Assembly: GCA_036563645.1 (NCBI GenBank) | Contig: DATCMA010000056.1 | Location: 9,898-73,897 of the forward strand | Origin: Micromonospora sp. | Lineage (GTDB): Bacteria > Actinomycetota > Actinomycetes > Mycobacteriales > Micromonosporaceae | DNA length: 64,000 bases | Direction: 5' to 3' | Shown here: positions 1 to 9,929 of the stretch, one piece after another | Layout: every line of letters starts with the position of its first letter | How positions within the stretch are numbered: the stretch's first letter is position 1 | Translations under genes and position numbers: made by a program | Notes under the pieces: generated by a model | The model's database searches: none | Told to the model about the DNA's origin: nothing | Seen by the model: the letters and a program-made list of their open reading frames with translations, nothing else

Positions 1-2
1 AG

Positions 3-122
3 AAGGCGCTGTCGTCTAGTTCCTCGTGCGCGGTCGGCCAGCCATGGCAGGTCTGGGTCGACTGGCTGGATCGCCGCCTCGTCTTCGCCCAAATGATGAT
101 CGGCGATAGCGCGTACTTCTGA
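3..122 (+). CDS. 3' end of an unidentified CDS entering from the window edge (partial)
   Basis: Frame open from base 3 to TGA at 120-122 (..GQPWQVWVDWLDRRLVFAQMMIGDSAYF*). Third positions are mostly G/C. No family recognised. Confidence 0.3.
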   Translation, partial: KALSSSSSCAVGQPWQVWVDWLDRRLVFAQMMIGDSAYF

Positions 123-146
123 GCGGGCGTTCGCTCCTAACGGCCC

Positions 147-1323
147 TCACCTGGTGTCACGCCAGGCGACGTGGTCGGCTGAGCCAAGCCAGTATTGGTG
201 TTCGCCGGTCGCGGTGACGGTGAGACCTATCCGCTCCCTCGGCGGACAACCCGCCGCCATCCACTGGGTCCACACTCGTTCGAGCTCATCCCACAGCGGA
301 CGCCCACGCTGCGTGACCTCATTCGTGTCGACATCGCGGCACGCCCAGGAGCCATCGGCGGCCAGCAACCAATCCTGCTCGGCCCCACCGTCGGAAGGCA
401 TGAAGCGCACCCGCACCACGTCCCGCAGCCGCAGCGCCACGACCAGGCCCGCGTGCTGGTCGTCGAACACCTCAACGGGCACGGAGGTCGTCCGCGGGGG
501 ATGATCTGGGTCCGTACGCATCGCTGTCTGAAGCAGGGGCCCGGCGGCGGGAGCGGTGCCGTGACCGCGGGCGGGCATGAACCCACCCGGACCGGAAAGG
601 CAACAGCCAGAGGCCTGCCCAGCCTCCACGGTAAGCCGCACGAGAGGACCACCGCCGAGCGGACGATGGAGGCTGGCCAGGATGATGCCGCCGTCGCGGA
701 CCTGCTCACACCACGCCATCGGTACGCGGTCCACCGAACACGTGGCGATGAGCCGATCGTTAGGGAGCACCCGCAGGATCGCCCGCGAGACCATCACCAA
801 CGACGACGCGCGGTGCATACCCGATGTCTCCCAAGCGTTGACGGGCGGTCGCGGCGAGCCCGGGATCGACCTCAACCGTGGTGACGTTCTCCGCGCCTAA
901 CCGATGGCAGAGCAGCGCCGCCTGATAGCCCGTACCGGTGCCGATCTCCACCACCCGATGCCCATCGCGGATGTCCAACGCCTCCAGCATCGTGGCCATG
1001 AGAGAGGGCTGACTGCTTGACGAGGTCGGCTCCCCGGTCACCGGCTCCGTGAGCGCACGCTGCCAAAGCTGGTCATCGCCGTTAATCTGCGTGATCAGCA
1101 CGTCGTCGCGGTAGATCGCGTCGAGCCAGCCCGGATCGGAGGGCGGGACTGCAACGAACCGGCCGTAATCCCCCTCGCTAACAGGACGATAGATGCGAGG
1201 CGTGAACACGTGCCGAGGCACGATGTGAAACGCCTCAATCCAGGCGGGATCTCGCAGGTACCCACCATGAATGAGAACTGCGACGTACCTTTCCCGTAAG
1301 GCCTTGTCAGAATTCGTTTTCAT
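147..1323 (-). pseudogene. PIMT-like O-methyltransferase of an ATP-grasp (graspetide) RiPP system, interrupted by a 1-nt frameshift
   Basis: ORFs 760..1323 and 147..875 are two halves of one protein. The N-part has SAM motif VVEIGTGTGYQAALL and ends ..GDGLAGDPAGAP*; the C-part continues NDRLIATCSVDRVPMAWCEQVRDGGIILASL. Removing one T of the TT at 760-761 turns minus-strand cccTAAcgatcgg into ccc-tac-gat-cgg (P-Y-D-R), restoring the canonical PIMT PYDRI motif. The start overlaps the upstream ATP-grasp stop as ATGA. Confidence 0.75.
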
Positions 1324-1862
1324 TCCGGATCCCGAAGCAACGCATCCGCGATCGCAGCAGTAATCGGGAGTCCGGTCGCGTCTTCAATCCATGCCCACTG
1401 TCCATTTGGATTCGCTTCCAAAAACCACACTTGTCCGCACGTGTCCACGACCAGGTCTATAGCGGCAAACCGAAGCCGGAGCTTAGCCACAAGCCTGCGC
1501 AATTTGTCCGCGACATCATCGGGCAGAGTAATCGAGGAATATCGCACTCCGTCCGGATCCGATCGCCAATCCACCTTTGCTGCAGGTGTTATTGCGTCTA
1601 TCCTCGCAGCAAGCACGGTACTGTCAACAACGGTCACGCGTACCTCGTACTCTTTTTCGATCTTGCTCTGGAAAAGATGAGCAGTATACGCGACCGAAGG
1701 ATCCAGATTGTCGTCAGTGATCGGAGTCGTATAGAGAACACGCCCACCTGATATCGGCGCCGTTGTGAGCGGCTTGTATATCACCGGACCCCGTACGGTG
1801 CCGGACCGTCCTGCGATGGCAGGATCGATGACCTTCCGAAGCGTGTACCGAGCGGAAATGTG
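1320..1862 (-). pseudogene. ATP-grasp ribosomal peptide maturase (microviridin/graspetide type), 5'-truncated remnant
   Basis: C-terminal half of a RimK-like ATP-grasp: ..VIYKPLTT.. and ..RFAAIDLVVDTCGQVWFLEANPNGQWAWIEDATGLPITAAIADALL. The frame is closed by an in-frame TGA at 1863-1865. Upstream DNA becomes AT-rich and unrelated, so the N-terminal pre-ATP-grasp region is absent. Confidence 0.7.
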
Positions 1863-2053
1863 TCACGAGCAGGGGAAGTGAGCATGCCTCCTCCACGTCA
1901 CTCGTAGGTTGGAGTGCATTGAGCATAGATACATCAATTTCTTGAGCACTACTCGCAGCAGATCATCTTCGTATTATGAAAGTTAATCAAGGAAGATTGC
2001 TATATGTAAGTCCATATTTGATCATCTCATCACCAGCTATCAAGAAAACTTTT

Positions 2054-2245
2054 TCAGGTCGCGACACAGCCGTTCAGCGCGGTGATGAGCGCGGCGATCG
2101 CGCCGATGAGCGAAGCGAGCGCGTAGAGCGTCGTGTTTCCGTTGTGCCACCAGCTGGAACCAGCCGGCTCGGGCCTGTCCATGGCGCCCACATCCCTTCG
2201 GTCGTTCTCCCCTGGGGTGACTGCAGTGGGGGCACCGGCGGACAC
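2054..2245 (-). CDS. small hypothetical membrane protein (63 aa from GTG 2245, or 42 aa from ATG 2182)
   Basis: GC-rich ORF embedded in AT-rich flanks. C-terminal hydrophobic helix LYALASLIGAIAALITALNG. GAAGGGA lies about 11 nt before ATG 2182. No family recognised. Confidence 0.4.
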   Translation of the reverse strand: MSAGAPTAVTPGENDRRDVGAMDRPEPAGSSWWHNGNTTLYALASLIGAIAALITALNGCVAT

Positions 2246-2272
2246 AACACCCCGTCTATCCGTTAAATGTCG

Positions 2273-2284
2273 ATTAGTACTAAT
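2273..2284. promoter_or_regulatory. perfect 12-bp palindrome ATTAGTACTAAT upstream of the small ORF
   Basis: Read directly from the sequence. Lies in an AT-rich stretch about 30 nt upstream of GTG 2245 on the minus strand. Confidence 0.25.
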
Positions 2285-2504
2285 ACGTCGGTAAGCTCAG
2301 TGTATGTTCACTAAACATCGGCTTCTAGATACGCTCCGTATAGATCACATTCAGACATTCGCCCCAGAGGAGCCGGCGCGGGCCGCATCAGCCTGTCACC
2401 TGCTCAAGCCCGTCTCATCCCCCGTAAACGCTGCCAACGGAAAGGAAATTGGCAAACGATCGCTATTCGGCAGGAATCAGAGAGAACCACCCGCGCACAG
2501 CAGC

Positions 2505-2530
2505 AGGGCCGCCCGTCTCCGGGCGGCCCT
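2505..2530 (-). terminator. GC-rich hairpin downstream of the MCP gene
   Basis: agggccgcccg-tctc-cgggcggccct, an 11-bp perfect stem about 100 nt past the MCP stop. No T-tract, so an I-shaped terminator at best. Confidence 0.4.
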
Positions 2531-2633
2531 CCCCATGACCGCGCGTGGCCTAAACCGGTTCACCATCAGCGCGTCCTCGCCAGCCTGCGGTCACGCGAGC
2601 CATAGCCCCGTCACCGGCTGAGCGTCTGCCGTC

Positions 2634-4244
2634 CTATCCGACGAGGGCGGGGGCTGCTGTCTGGGCGTCGTGCTCGGGATGCGCGCTGGCATCCTCCTGC
2701 CCTCCCCGCAGGTGGTTCAGGAGGACGCTGAACTCATTGCGCAGTCGGTCAGCCGCGGCGGACAGGTCGTGGGACAGCTGCTGGATGCGCTCCGCGACCT
2801 GCCCCGTGGCCTCCGCCGCGCTGCGCACACTCCCGCCGCTCGCGTCCCCTTCCCGGCCAGCGATCGCGAACGCCACCTCCTGGGTGCTGTCGCCGAGGCG
2901 TTTGACCGTCCCCGCCATCCGGTCGATGACCCGCGCCGCCTCCTGGGAGGTCGTTTGAATCGACTCGATCTCGCGCGCGATGTCGTCCGTCGCCCGGGAG
3001 CTCTGCTGCGCGAGCTGCTTGACCTCGTCGGCGACGACCGCGAAACCCTTGCCGAGCTCGCCGGCGCGCGCCGCCTCGATCGTGGCGTTGAGCGCGAGCA
3101 AGTTCGTCTGCTCGGCGACCTTCCGAATGACCTCGACGACCCCGCCGATGGTCTCCGCGGCGGTGGTGAGGCCGTTGACGGTGCCGCTGGCGTCGCTCGC
3201 TTCCGCGGCGGCCCGCCCGGCCACCTCCGTCGACTCCTCGGCCTGTGCGGAGATCTCGCGGACCGCGTCCACCAGGTGGTTGGTGGTCACGCTGAGCTCT
3301 TCCGCGCCCCGCTGCATCGCGTCCACCGCCTCGTCGAGCCGGCGCGCCACCGCGGTGACGGTCACCTCCAACCGATCGGCGATCTCGTTGGCGGCGCGCT
3401 TGCGCTCGGCCTCCGCCTGGGCGCGCATCCGGTCGCGGTCCTTGGCGAGCGCCTCCCGCTCCACCATGCCGTCGCGCAGCACGCTGAGCGCCTCACACAT
3501 CTGGCCGATCGCGTCCCGGCCAGCGGTCGGCAAGCTGACGTTGACATCGCCGTCGGCGAGTCTCCGCGTCGCCTGAGTGATCATGCGGATCGGACGGGTG
3601 ATGCTCAACCCGACGACCACCAGCACCACCGCGACACCCGCGATGATGGCGCTGATCTGTAGGAGGAGCTCCCGTTGCTTGTCGGCGATCGCCGCATGCA
3701 TGTCGTCGATGTAGATGCCGGTGCCGATCACCCAACCCCAGGGCTGGAACCCGGCGACGTAGGTCAGCTTGTCGACCGGTTCGCGATGCCCGGGCTTGGG
3801 CCACTGGTAGTCGACGTATCCCGCCCCATTCTTCGAGACCGTCTTGACGAACTCGACAAAGAGCAACTTGCCGTTGGGGTCGGCGTAGTCGCTCAAGTCT
3901 TGCCCGTCGAGCTCCGGCATCATCGGATGCATGACCATCCGTGGATGCATGTCATTGACGAAGAAGTAGTCGTTGTCGCCGTACCGCATCGACCGCAGCG
4001 CCTCGAGCGCCCGGGTCTGAGCCTCCTCCATCGACATGACGCCGGCTTGCGCGTCCTGGTGGAAGGCCGATACTGCGGTGACCGCACTCTCGACGAGGGC
4101 GCGGATTTTGGCTTTCCTGCTGTCGAGCTCCGCCGGTGCCACGGCAGCGACTTGGGCAATCCCCATCCCGACCAAACCGACTATCGCGACGCCCGCTAAG
4201 ACCCCGAGCTTGACGAAAATGCCCACGTTCCTCCAGCGGAGCAT
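2634..4244 (-). CDS. methyl-accepting chemotaxis protein with periplasmic single-Cache sensor, HAMP and MCP signalling domains
   Basis: Cache-like block ..[47 protein letters not shown].. Signalling hairpin ..[40 protein letters not shown].. Start ATG 4244 ([10 protein letters not shown]..) follows GAGGAGG 9 nt upstream. Confidence 0.9.
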   Translation of the reverse strand: MLRWRNVGIFVKLGVLAGVAIVGLVGMGIAQVAAVAPAELDSRKAKIRALVESAVTAVSAFHQDAQAGVMSMEEAQTRALEALRSMRYGDNDYFFVNDMHPRMVMHPMMPELDGQDLSDYADPNGKLLFVEFVKTVSKNGAGYVDYQWPKPGHREPVDKLTYVAGFQPWGWVIGTGIYIDDMHAAIADKQRELLLQISAIIAGVAVVLVVVGLSITRPIRMITQATRRLADGDVNVSLPTAGRDAIGQMCEALSVLRDGMVEREALAKDRDRMRAQAEAERKRAANEIADRLEVTVTAVARRLDEAVDAMQRGAEELSVTTNHLVDAVREISAQAEESTEVAGRAAAEASDASGTVNGLTTAAETIGGVVEVIRKVAEQTNLLALNATIEAARAGELGKGFAVVADEVKQLAQQSSRATDDIAREIESIQTTSQEAARVIDRMAGTVKRLGDSTQEVAFAIAGREGDASGGSVRSAAEATGQVAERIQQLSHDLSAAADRLRNEFSVLLNHLRGGQEDASAHPEHDAQTAAPALVG

Positions 4245-4362
4245 TCGCAACAACCTCCTCCAGACAGCTCGTTCCTTGCGTCGGCACGATGACGGCCGAT
4301 GTGAGGACAAACACCAAAAACGCCGAAGGAATATGCGTGACAAAACCGGGTAAACCGGCATC

Positions 4363-4911
4363 ATGACGGGCAATCACGGTCTTCTTCGTGCCGGTGTGGT
4401 GGGCGGCGCGCTGGTGCTCGCCCTCGGCCTACCGGGCGCCGCGTCGGCGACGGTCGCCCACGTTCCGGAACGCGACCGGCTGTTCCTGCACAGCGCCCAT
4501 CAGATGCACCTGACCGCGATGACGGCAGGCAAGATCGCGGAACACAAGTCGATCAGCATGCCGGTCCGCGACTACGGCATCCGCCTCGCCATCGACCACA
4601 AAGAGCTGGATGAGGCGGTCCAGAAAGCGGCTTCGAAACTCCGGGTGCCGCTGCCGGATGAGCCCAACGAGACGCAACAGGCGACGCTCGAGCATCTCCA
4701 GGCCGCCGACGGCACCGAGTTCGCGGTGGCGTTCGTGTTGAGTCAGCAGGAGCTGCACCTGCGGGCCCGGCAAGCGGCCGAGCAGGAGGTGGCGAGCCGT
4801 CGCTCCGACTCTCGCGCCAAGCGGGTGGCGAAGGAGAGCCTGCCGGTACTCCAGGCGCACGAGGAGACCCTGCGCGACCTCGCGAAGGGTTTGGGCTTGT
4901 CGACGCGGTGA
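4363..4911 (+). CDS. secreted DUF4142-like protein
   Basis: Signal peptide ..[10 protein letters not shown]. Repeats typical of DUF4142: [43 protein letters not shown].. Confidence 0.7.
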   Translation: MTGNHGLLRAGVVGGALVLALGLPGAASATVAHVPERDRLFLHSAHQMHLTAMTAGKIAEHKSISMPVRDYGIRLAIDHKELDEAVQKAASKLRVPLPDEPNETQQATLEHLQAADGTEFAVAFVLSQQELHLRARQAAEQEVASRRSDSRAKRVAKESLPVLQAHEETLRDLAKGLGLSTR

Positions 4912-4990
4912 GCCGGTGGTCATTTCGGCCGGAGGCCGACCGGTCCCCCGGCCCGGCCGGCTGCGGCACCCCTTGGGCGGGGTTGCGCGC

Positions 4991-5668
4991 TTACCCGATG
5001 GTCAACCGCAGATCGGTGAGGCACACGCTCCACCACGGGCGGCGCCCGGCCAGGAACCCCAGTGGCCCGTCAGGCTGCACGTCCCAGTCGACGGCGCACA
5101 ACCGCACCCGCGCGCTGCCCCGGGCCGCGGTCAGCCGCACGGAGGGCGAGGCGTCCGCGGGAGCCGAAGGGCCGACCGGCGCGTCGGCGACCGGGTACGC
5201 CTGGGCGACGGTGACCCGGAACGGCCACCGCCCCGGAAGCGGCCGTCCGAGGCGGAGCCGGGCCGCGGCGAGGGGGACGCCGCGGGCTGCGGCACAGCGC
5301 GGCGCGGCCGCCACCGGCGCGTCGACGCGCACCCGCGCCAGCTCCTTCGGGATCCCCCACTGGGCGCGGGCGCCGGCACGGGAGTGCGGGTCATCGACCC
5401 AGATGCCCGCGAGGGTCACCGCCGGTCGCCGGCCTATCCGCGCCGCCACGGCGGTGAGCAGTTCGCGGTACGCCAGCACCCCGCCGGGGGCGTACCGCGC
5501 CCACGCGACGGCGACCACCGCCCGGCCGGCGACCCGGATCGGTCGCACCGGCCCCGCCCGGGTGACCGGGAGGTCGGGCAGGTGCTCCGGCGGCACGCCC
5601 CACAGCGACAGGTACATCCAGCCGCGCAGCCGCCACGGGGTCGGCGGGTAGGTCGCCACGGCCGACAC
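4991..5668 (-). CDS. acetoacetate decarboxylase (ADC)-family protein
   Basis: N-terminus ..YPPTPWRLRGWMYLSLWGVP.. resembles the ADC-family opening. Size about 225 aa. Assigned by motif recall only. Confidence 0.55.
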   Translation of the reverse strand: MSAVATYPPTPWRLRGWMYLSLWGVPPEHLPDLPVTRAGPVRPIRVAGRAVVAVAWARYAPGGVLAYRELLTAVAARIGRRPAVTLAGIWVDDPHSRAGARAQWGIPKELARVRVDAPVAAAPRCAAARGVPLAAARLRLGRPLPGRWPFRVTVAQAYPVADAPVGPSAPADASPSVRLTAARGSARVRLCAVDWDVQPDGPLGFLAGRRPWWSVCLTDLRLTIG

Positions 5669-5693
5669 GCTACGGGGCGCGCCGGCGGGTGTC

Positions 5694-7325
5694 TCAGTTT
5701 TCGAGCTCCCGGTAGGCGGCGTAGTCGAAGTCGGCGTACACCCCGTCGGCGCCGATGTCCTGCACCCACAGCCCGACCATCGCCCCGGTGAAGCCCCACA
5801 GCTCGGGCTCCCCGGGCACGATCCGCGCCGCGTGCTCGTCGGAGAGGATCGTCGCGTCCAGCTCCAGCGGCAGCTCGCGCCACCCGTCCCCCAGGTAGTA
5901 GCCGAAGCGCAGCTGCGGCCCGTCGAAGGTCACCCGCAGGCCGACGCGCTCCACGTGGCTGACGTCGACCTCGACCTCGGGGTACGGCCGCCGCTGCCCC
6001 TGGTCGCAGGAGAGCACCGACAGCACGCGGCGACCGTCATCGGCGCGGGTGACGTACAGGAAGTGCCAGTTGTTGACGTTGTAGTAACCGGTGACGCCGG
6101 CGAGCTGGCGGAAGCTGGTGGGCCGGAACTCCATGACGGTCTCCAGCACGCAGCGGGGCGCGCTGACCCGGCGCGCCACCAGGCTGGGCCGCTGCCGTCC
6201 GACCGGCGACTGGCCGCCGTAGATGCGCAGGTGCGACGGGCGTTCGGTGAGGGTGGCCCAATCCGGTGTCACCGGACGGCGCAGGGATGACCACTCCGGC
6301 CGCAGCTCCGTCCCCTCGAAGTCGTCGACCTCGGGCGGGGTAGGCCAGGGGTGCAGCGGCAGGTCCGGGGCGGGCACCTCCTCGGCGGGGATCCCGCCGG
6401 CCACCCGCGGCCAGCCGTCCGGGCTCCAGGTGACCGCCTGGATCGCGGTCTCCCGCCCGAGGACGCACTTGCCGAACGGGGTGTAGGGCCGGCCGACGAG
6501 GTGGGCGACGTACCACTGCCCGGTCTGGGTGCACACCAGGCTGCCGTGGCCGGCCTTCTGCAAGGTGAGCTCCGGGTGTCCGACGCTGGTAAGCATCGGC
6601 CCGTTGGGATCCGGCTCGTACGGCCCGAACAGCGAGCGCGACCGCGCCACGGTGATCTGGTGGTTCCAGCTTGTCCCGCCTTCGGCGGTCATGAGGTAGT
6701 ACCAGCCGTTGTGGCGGTAGATGTGCGGGGCCTCGGTGTAGCCGGCCTCGGTTCCGGTGAAGATGACGACCGGGTCACCGACGAGTTGGCGACGCTCGCG
6801 GTCGAAGCGTTGGATCTCGATTCCCCCGAATCGGTTGCGGCCCGGACGCCAGTCGGCGCTCATGGACAGCAACCAGGAGCTGCCGTCGTCGTCGTGGAAG
6901 AGCGAGGCGTCGAAGCCGTGCGCGTGCAGCGGCACCGGGTCCGACCACGGTCCCGTGATGTCGGGCGCGGTGATCAGGTAGTTCTGGGGGTCCCAGTAGC
7001 CGTTACTGAAACTCGACACATCACTGTAGACGAGGTAGAAAAGCCCATCTACATACGACAAATCGGGCGCCCAGACACCGCAGGAATCGGTACTTCCCCG
7101 CAAGTCAAGCAAACGTCGTTCATTGAGCAATCCGCCTAGGGGTCGCCAATGCACCAGATCGCGCGAATGGTGCACGGTGACGCCTGGGTACCACTCAAAG
7201 GTCGAAGTTGCGAGATAGTAGTCCTCACCCACCCGGAGAATCGACGGGTCGGGATAAAAGCCGCGGAGCACCGGGTTCCGGATGGTCGCGGCTCCCGTCG
7301 CGGCTTGGGTGATCTCGGTCGACAT
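5694..7325 (-). CDS. glycoside hydrolase family 43 (beta-xylosidase/alpha-L-arabinofuranosidase type)
   Basis: ..IRNPVLRGFYPDPSILRVGEDYYLATSTFEWYPGVTVHHSRDLVHWRPLG.. plus a C-terminal beta-sandwich. Start ATG 7325 (MSTEITQ) preceded by GGAAGGGA. The longer track ORF upstream is not coding-like. Confidence 0.9.
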   Translation of the reverse strand: MSTEITQAATGAATIRNPVLRGFYPDPSILRVGEDYYLATSTFEWYPGVTVHHSRDLVHWRPLGGLLNERRLLDLRGSTDSCGVWAPDLSYVDGLFYLVYSDVSSFSNGYWDPQNYLITAPDITGPWSDPVPLHAHGFDASLFHDDDGSSWLLSMSADWRPGRNRFGGIEIQRFDRERRQLVGDPVVIFTGTEAGYTEAPHIYRHNGWYYLMTAEGGTSWNHQITVARSRSLFGPYEPDPNGPMLTSVGHPELTLQKAGHGSLVCTQTGQWYVAHLVGRPYTPFGKCVLGRETAIQAVTWSPDGWPRVAGGIPAEEVPAPDLPLHPWPTPPEVDDFEGTELRPEWSSLRRPVTPDWATLTERPSHLRIYGGQSPVGRQRPSLVARRVSAPRCVLETVMEFRPTSFRQLAGVTGYYNVNNWHFLYVTRADDGRRVLSVLSCDQGQRRPYPEVEVDVSHVERVGLRVTFDGPQLRFGYYLGDGWRELPLELDATILSDEHAARIVPGEPELWGFTGAMVGLWVQDIGADGVYADFDYAAYRELEN

Positions 7326-7618
7326 GGGGTTCCCTTCCTGCCGGCCGTGACGATGCGTCGCGCTTCTGGTTACGGCGCGCGGCGGATTCGCTCGTCGTGG
7401 ATTCTTTCGGTAGCTTTCCGGAAGTCTGCCGTTGAAGCAAGCCGGTCGGGATCGGAAGATAACGCTTGGACCACGCCTTGTGGCAGGCCTTGACCAGAGC
7501 TCGACACGGTCGTAGCGTCGCGGCAGCACCGCAGGATCTTTCCGGTAGATAGCCGAATGTTTCAATCGGGGCACGGCCATACGGCCGATCGCATCCGCCC
7601 TCTGGGGAAGGGAATCCG

Positions 7619-8914
7619 ATGACCACGTCACTCTCGCGCAGATCGCTGCTGGGGCTGGCAGGAGCCGCTGCCGGGACCGTGTTCCTGGTTGGATGCGGCA
7701 ACGATGACGACAAATCCGGCAACTCGGGTGGCAGCTCCACGATCGAGTGGTGGCACATCTCGAACACCGACCCGCTGCTCAGCATCTGGCAGAAGGCAGC
7801 TGACGACTTCATGGCCCAGAACAGCGGGGTGAGCATCAAGATCACTCCACTGGCGAACGAGGCCTTCAAGTCCAAGCTGACGACGGTCACCCAGGCCGGA
7901 AACGCCCCGAGCCTGTTCCAGTCCTGGGGTGGGGGCGTGCTCAAGCAGCAGGTTGAGGCGGGCCTGCTCAAGGACATCACGGCCGAGATTTCGTCGTTCG
8001 TCGGCAACCTCACGCCCGCGCCGTTGAAGTACTACCAAGTGGACGGCAAGTACTACGGGCTGCCGTTCGACAACGGCATGGTGGGCTTCTGGTACAACAA
8101 GGAACTTTTCGAAAAGGCCGGCATCAAGGACACGCCCAAGACCTGGGGTGAGCTGCTGGAGGCGATCCGCAAGCTCAAGGCCGCCGGCATCACGCCGATC
8201 GCCCTCGGCGGCAAGGACAAGTGGCCGGGGCACTTCTACTGGTCGTACCTGGCGATGCGGGTCGCCGGCGGCGAGGCGCTCGAGGCCGCGATGAGCGAGA
8301 AGAACTTCGAGACGCCGGACCTGCTGGAGGCCACGAAGAAGCTCAAGGACCTCGTCGACCTGCAGCCGTTCCAGAAGGGCTTCCTGGCCGCCACGTACGA
8401 CGGTCCGGACGGCCAGGCCGCGCTCGTCGGCAACGGCCAGGCGGCGATGGAGCTCAACGGCCAGTTCGCCCCGTCCAACCAGGCCGCGTTCTCCAAGTCG
8501 AAGGAAGGGCTCGGCGACAAGCTCGGCTTCTTCCCGTTCCCGGAGGTCGAAGGCGGCAAGGGGAAGATCACTGACGTCTTCGGCGGCGGCAACGGGTTCG
8601 TCGTGGGCAAGGACGCTCCGCCGGAGACGGTGGAGTTCCTCAAGTTCCTGCTGAGCCCCGACGTCCAGCGCAAGGCCGCGGAAGCCGGCGCGATCCTGCC
8701 CACCAACAAGGAGGCGAGCGACGGCGTCAAGGACCCCAACCAGCAGATCGTCGCCAAGACGGTCGCCGAGGCGACCACGTTCCAGCTCTACCTGGACCAG
8801 GCGTGGGAGCCGAAGGTGGGTCAGCAGGTCAACGACAGCGTCGCGGAGCTGATGGCCGGCAAGGCCAGCCCCGAGCAGGTTCTGAAGTCGATCACCGATG
8901 CCGCAAAGCGCTAG
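7619..8914 (+). CDS. sugar ABC transporter substrate-binding lipoprotein (family 1)
   Basis: Tat/lipobox leader MTTSLSRRSLLGLAGAAAGTVFLVGCG. Typical SBP_bac_1 body. RBS GGGAAGGGA. Confidence 0.9.
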   Translation: MTTSLSRRSLLGLAGAAAGTVFLVGCGNDDDKSGNSGGSSTIEWWHISNTDPLLSIWQKAADDFMAQNSGVSIKITPLANEAFKSKLTTVTQAGNAPSLFQSWGGGVLKQQVEAGLLKDITAEISSFVGNLTPAPLKYYQVDGKYYGLPFDNGMVGFWYNKELFEKAGIKDTPKTWGELLEAIRKLKAAGITPIALGGKDKWPGHFYWSYLAMRVAGGEALEAAMSEKNFETPDLLEATKKLKDLVDLQPFQKGFLAATYDGPDGQAALVGNGQAAMELNGQFAPSNQAAFSKSKEGLGDKLGFFPFPEVEGGKGKITDVFGGGNGFVVGKDAPPETVEFLKFLLSPDVQRKAAEAGAILPTNKEASDGVKDPNQQIVAKTVAEATTFQLYLDQAWEPKVGQQVNDSVAELMAGKASPEQVLKSITDAAKR

Positions 8915-9929
8915 TGGATCGCTCGGAGCGGCGCGCGGGACTGGGGACACCCGTCCCGCGCGCCCTCCGGCGCCCGACACAGCCCCGTCAACAACCCGCG
9001 CACCCCGGCCACGAGTCACGCGGAGGGACATCGGCCGCTGGGCGACGATCGCGACGTTCCTCACCCCGGCGCTGCTGCTCTTCGGCGTGCTCGTGCTCGT
9101 GCCGATTGGATTGGCCGCCTACACCAGTTTCTTTGACTGGAACGGTTTTCCGGGGACCGAAAAGTTCATCGGACTGGAGAACTTCCGCCGTCTGGTGAAC
9201 GACGAGGTCTTCCGGGGCGACCTGTGGCGCGGGTTCGTCCTGATTGTCCTGTCCGTCACTGTCCAGCTGCCGTTCGCGCTCGCTCTGGCGCTCCTGCTCA
9301 ACCAGCCACTGCGCGGTCGGGCCATCTACCGGGTGATGTTCTTCGCGCCGTACGTGCTCTCCGAAGTCATCACCGCGGTGCTGTTCTCGATGGTGCTCTC
9401 CCCGAACGTGGGGCTCGCCAACCAGGTGCTCCGGTACGTCGGGCTGGAAGAGCTGGCGGCGGAGTGGCTCGCCGATACCTCCACGGTGCTCTACGCCGTC
9501 TTCGTGGTGATCACCTGGAAGTACTTCGGCTTCTACATGATCCTCTTCCTCGCCGCGCGGCAGAGCATCCCCGCGGAGATCATCGAAGCGGCTGCGGTGG
9601 ATGGCGCCAACGCCTGGAAGACCTTCTGGCACGTCACCCTGCCCTTGCTCGGGCCGACGATCCGGATCGCCGTCTTCCTCTCGATCATCGGGACCATCCA
9701 GCTCTTCGACGCCGTCTGGGTGCTCACCGGCGGTGGCCCGGTACACGCGTCGGAGACGATGGCGATCACCATGTACCGGTACGGCTTCCAGAGCTACGAG
9801 GTCGGCTACGCCAGCGCGATCAGCATCGCGATGTTCATGATCAGCCTCGTGTTCGCGTTGCTGTACCAGCGGTTTGTGCTGCGCCGCGACACGGAGGGGG
9901 CGGTCACCGTGATCGGAGGCAAGCGATGA
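8898..9929 (+). CDS. carbohydrate ABC transporter permease (MalF-like)
   Basis: Six-TM permease with EAA-type loop ..IIEAAAVDGANAWKTFWHVTLPLLGP.. Only ATG 8898 is available in frame, overlapping the SBP stop. Confidence 0.85.
   Translation: MPQSASGSLGAARGTGDTRPARPPAPDTAPSTTRAPRPRVTRRDIGRWATIATFLTPALLLFGVLVLVPIGLAAYTSFFDWNGFPGTEKFIGLENFRRLVNDEVFRGDLWRGFVLIVLSVTVQLPFALALALLLNQPLRGRAIYRVMFFAPYVLSEVITAVLFSMVLSPNVGLANQVLRYVGLEELAAEWLADTSTVLYAVFVVITWKYFGFYMILFLAARQSIPAEIIEAAAVDGANAWKTFWHVTLPLLGPTIRIAVFLSIIGTIQLFDAVWVLTGGGPVHASETMAITMYRYGFQSYEVGYASAISIAMFMISLVFALLYQRFVLRRDTEGAVTVIGGKR

Noticed and set aside
2054-2245. The small ORF upstream of the ATP-grasp remnant as the graspetide precursor peptide
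   Set aside because: The position and strand are right. However, the sequence has a hydrophobic TM-like C-terminus and lacks the Thr/Ser plus Asp/Glu-rich core expected for omega-ester/amide cross-linking. It also sits inside foreign-looking AT-rich DNA.
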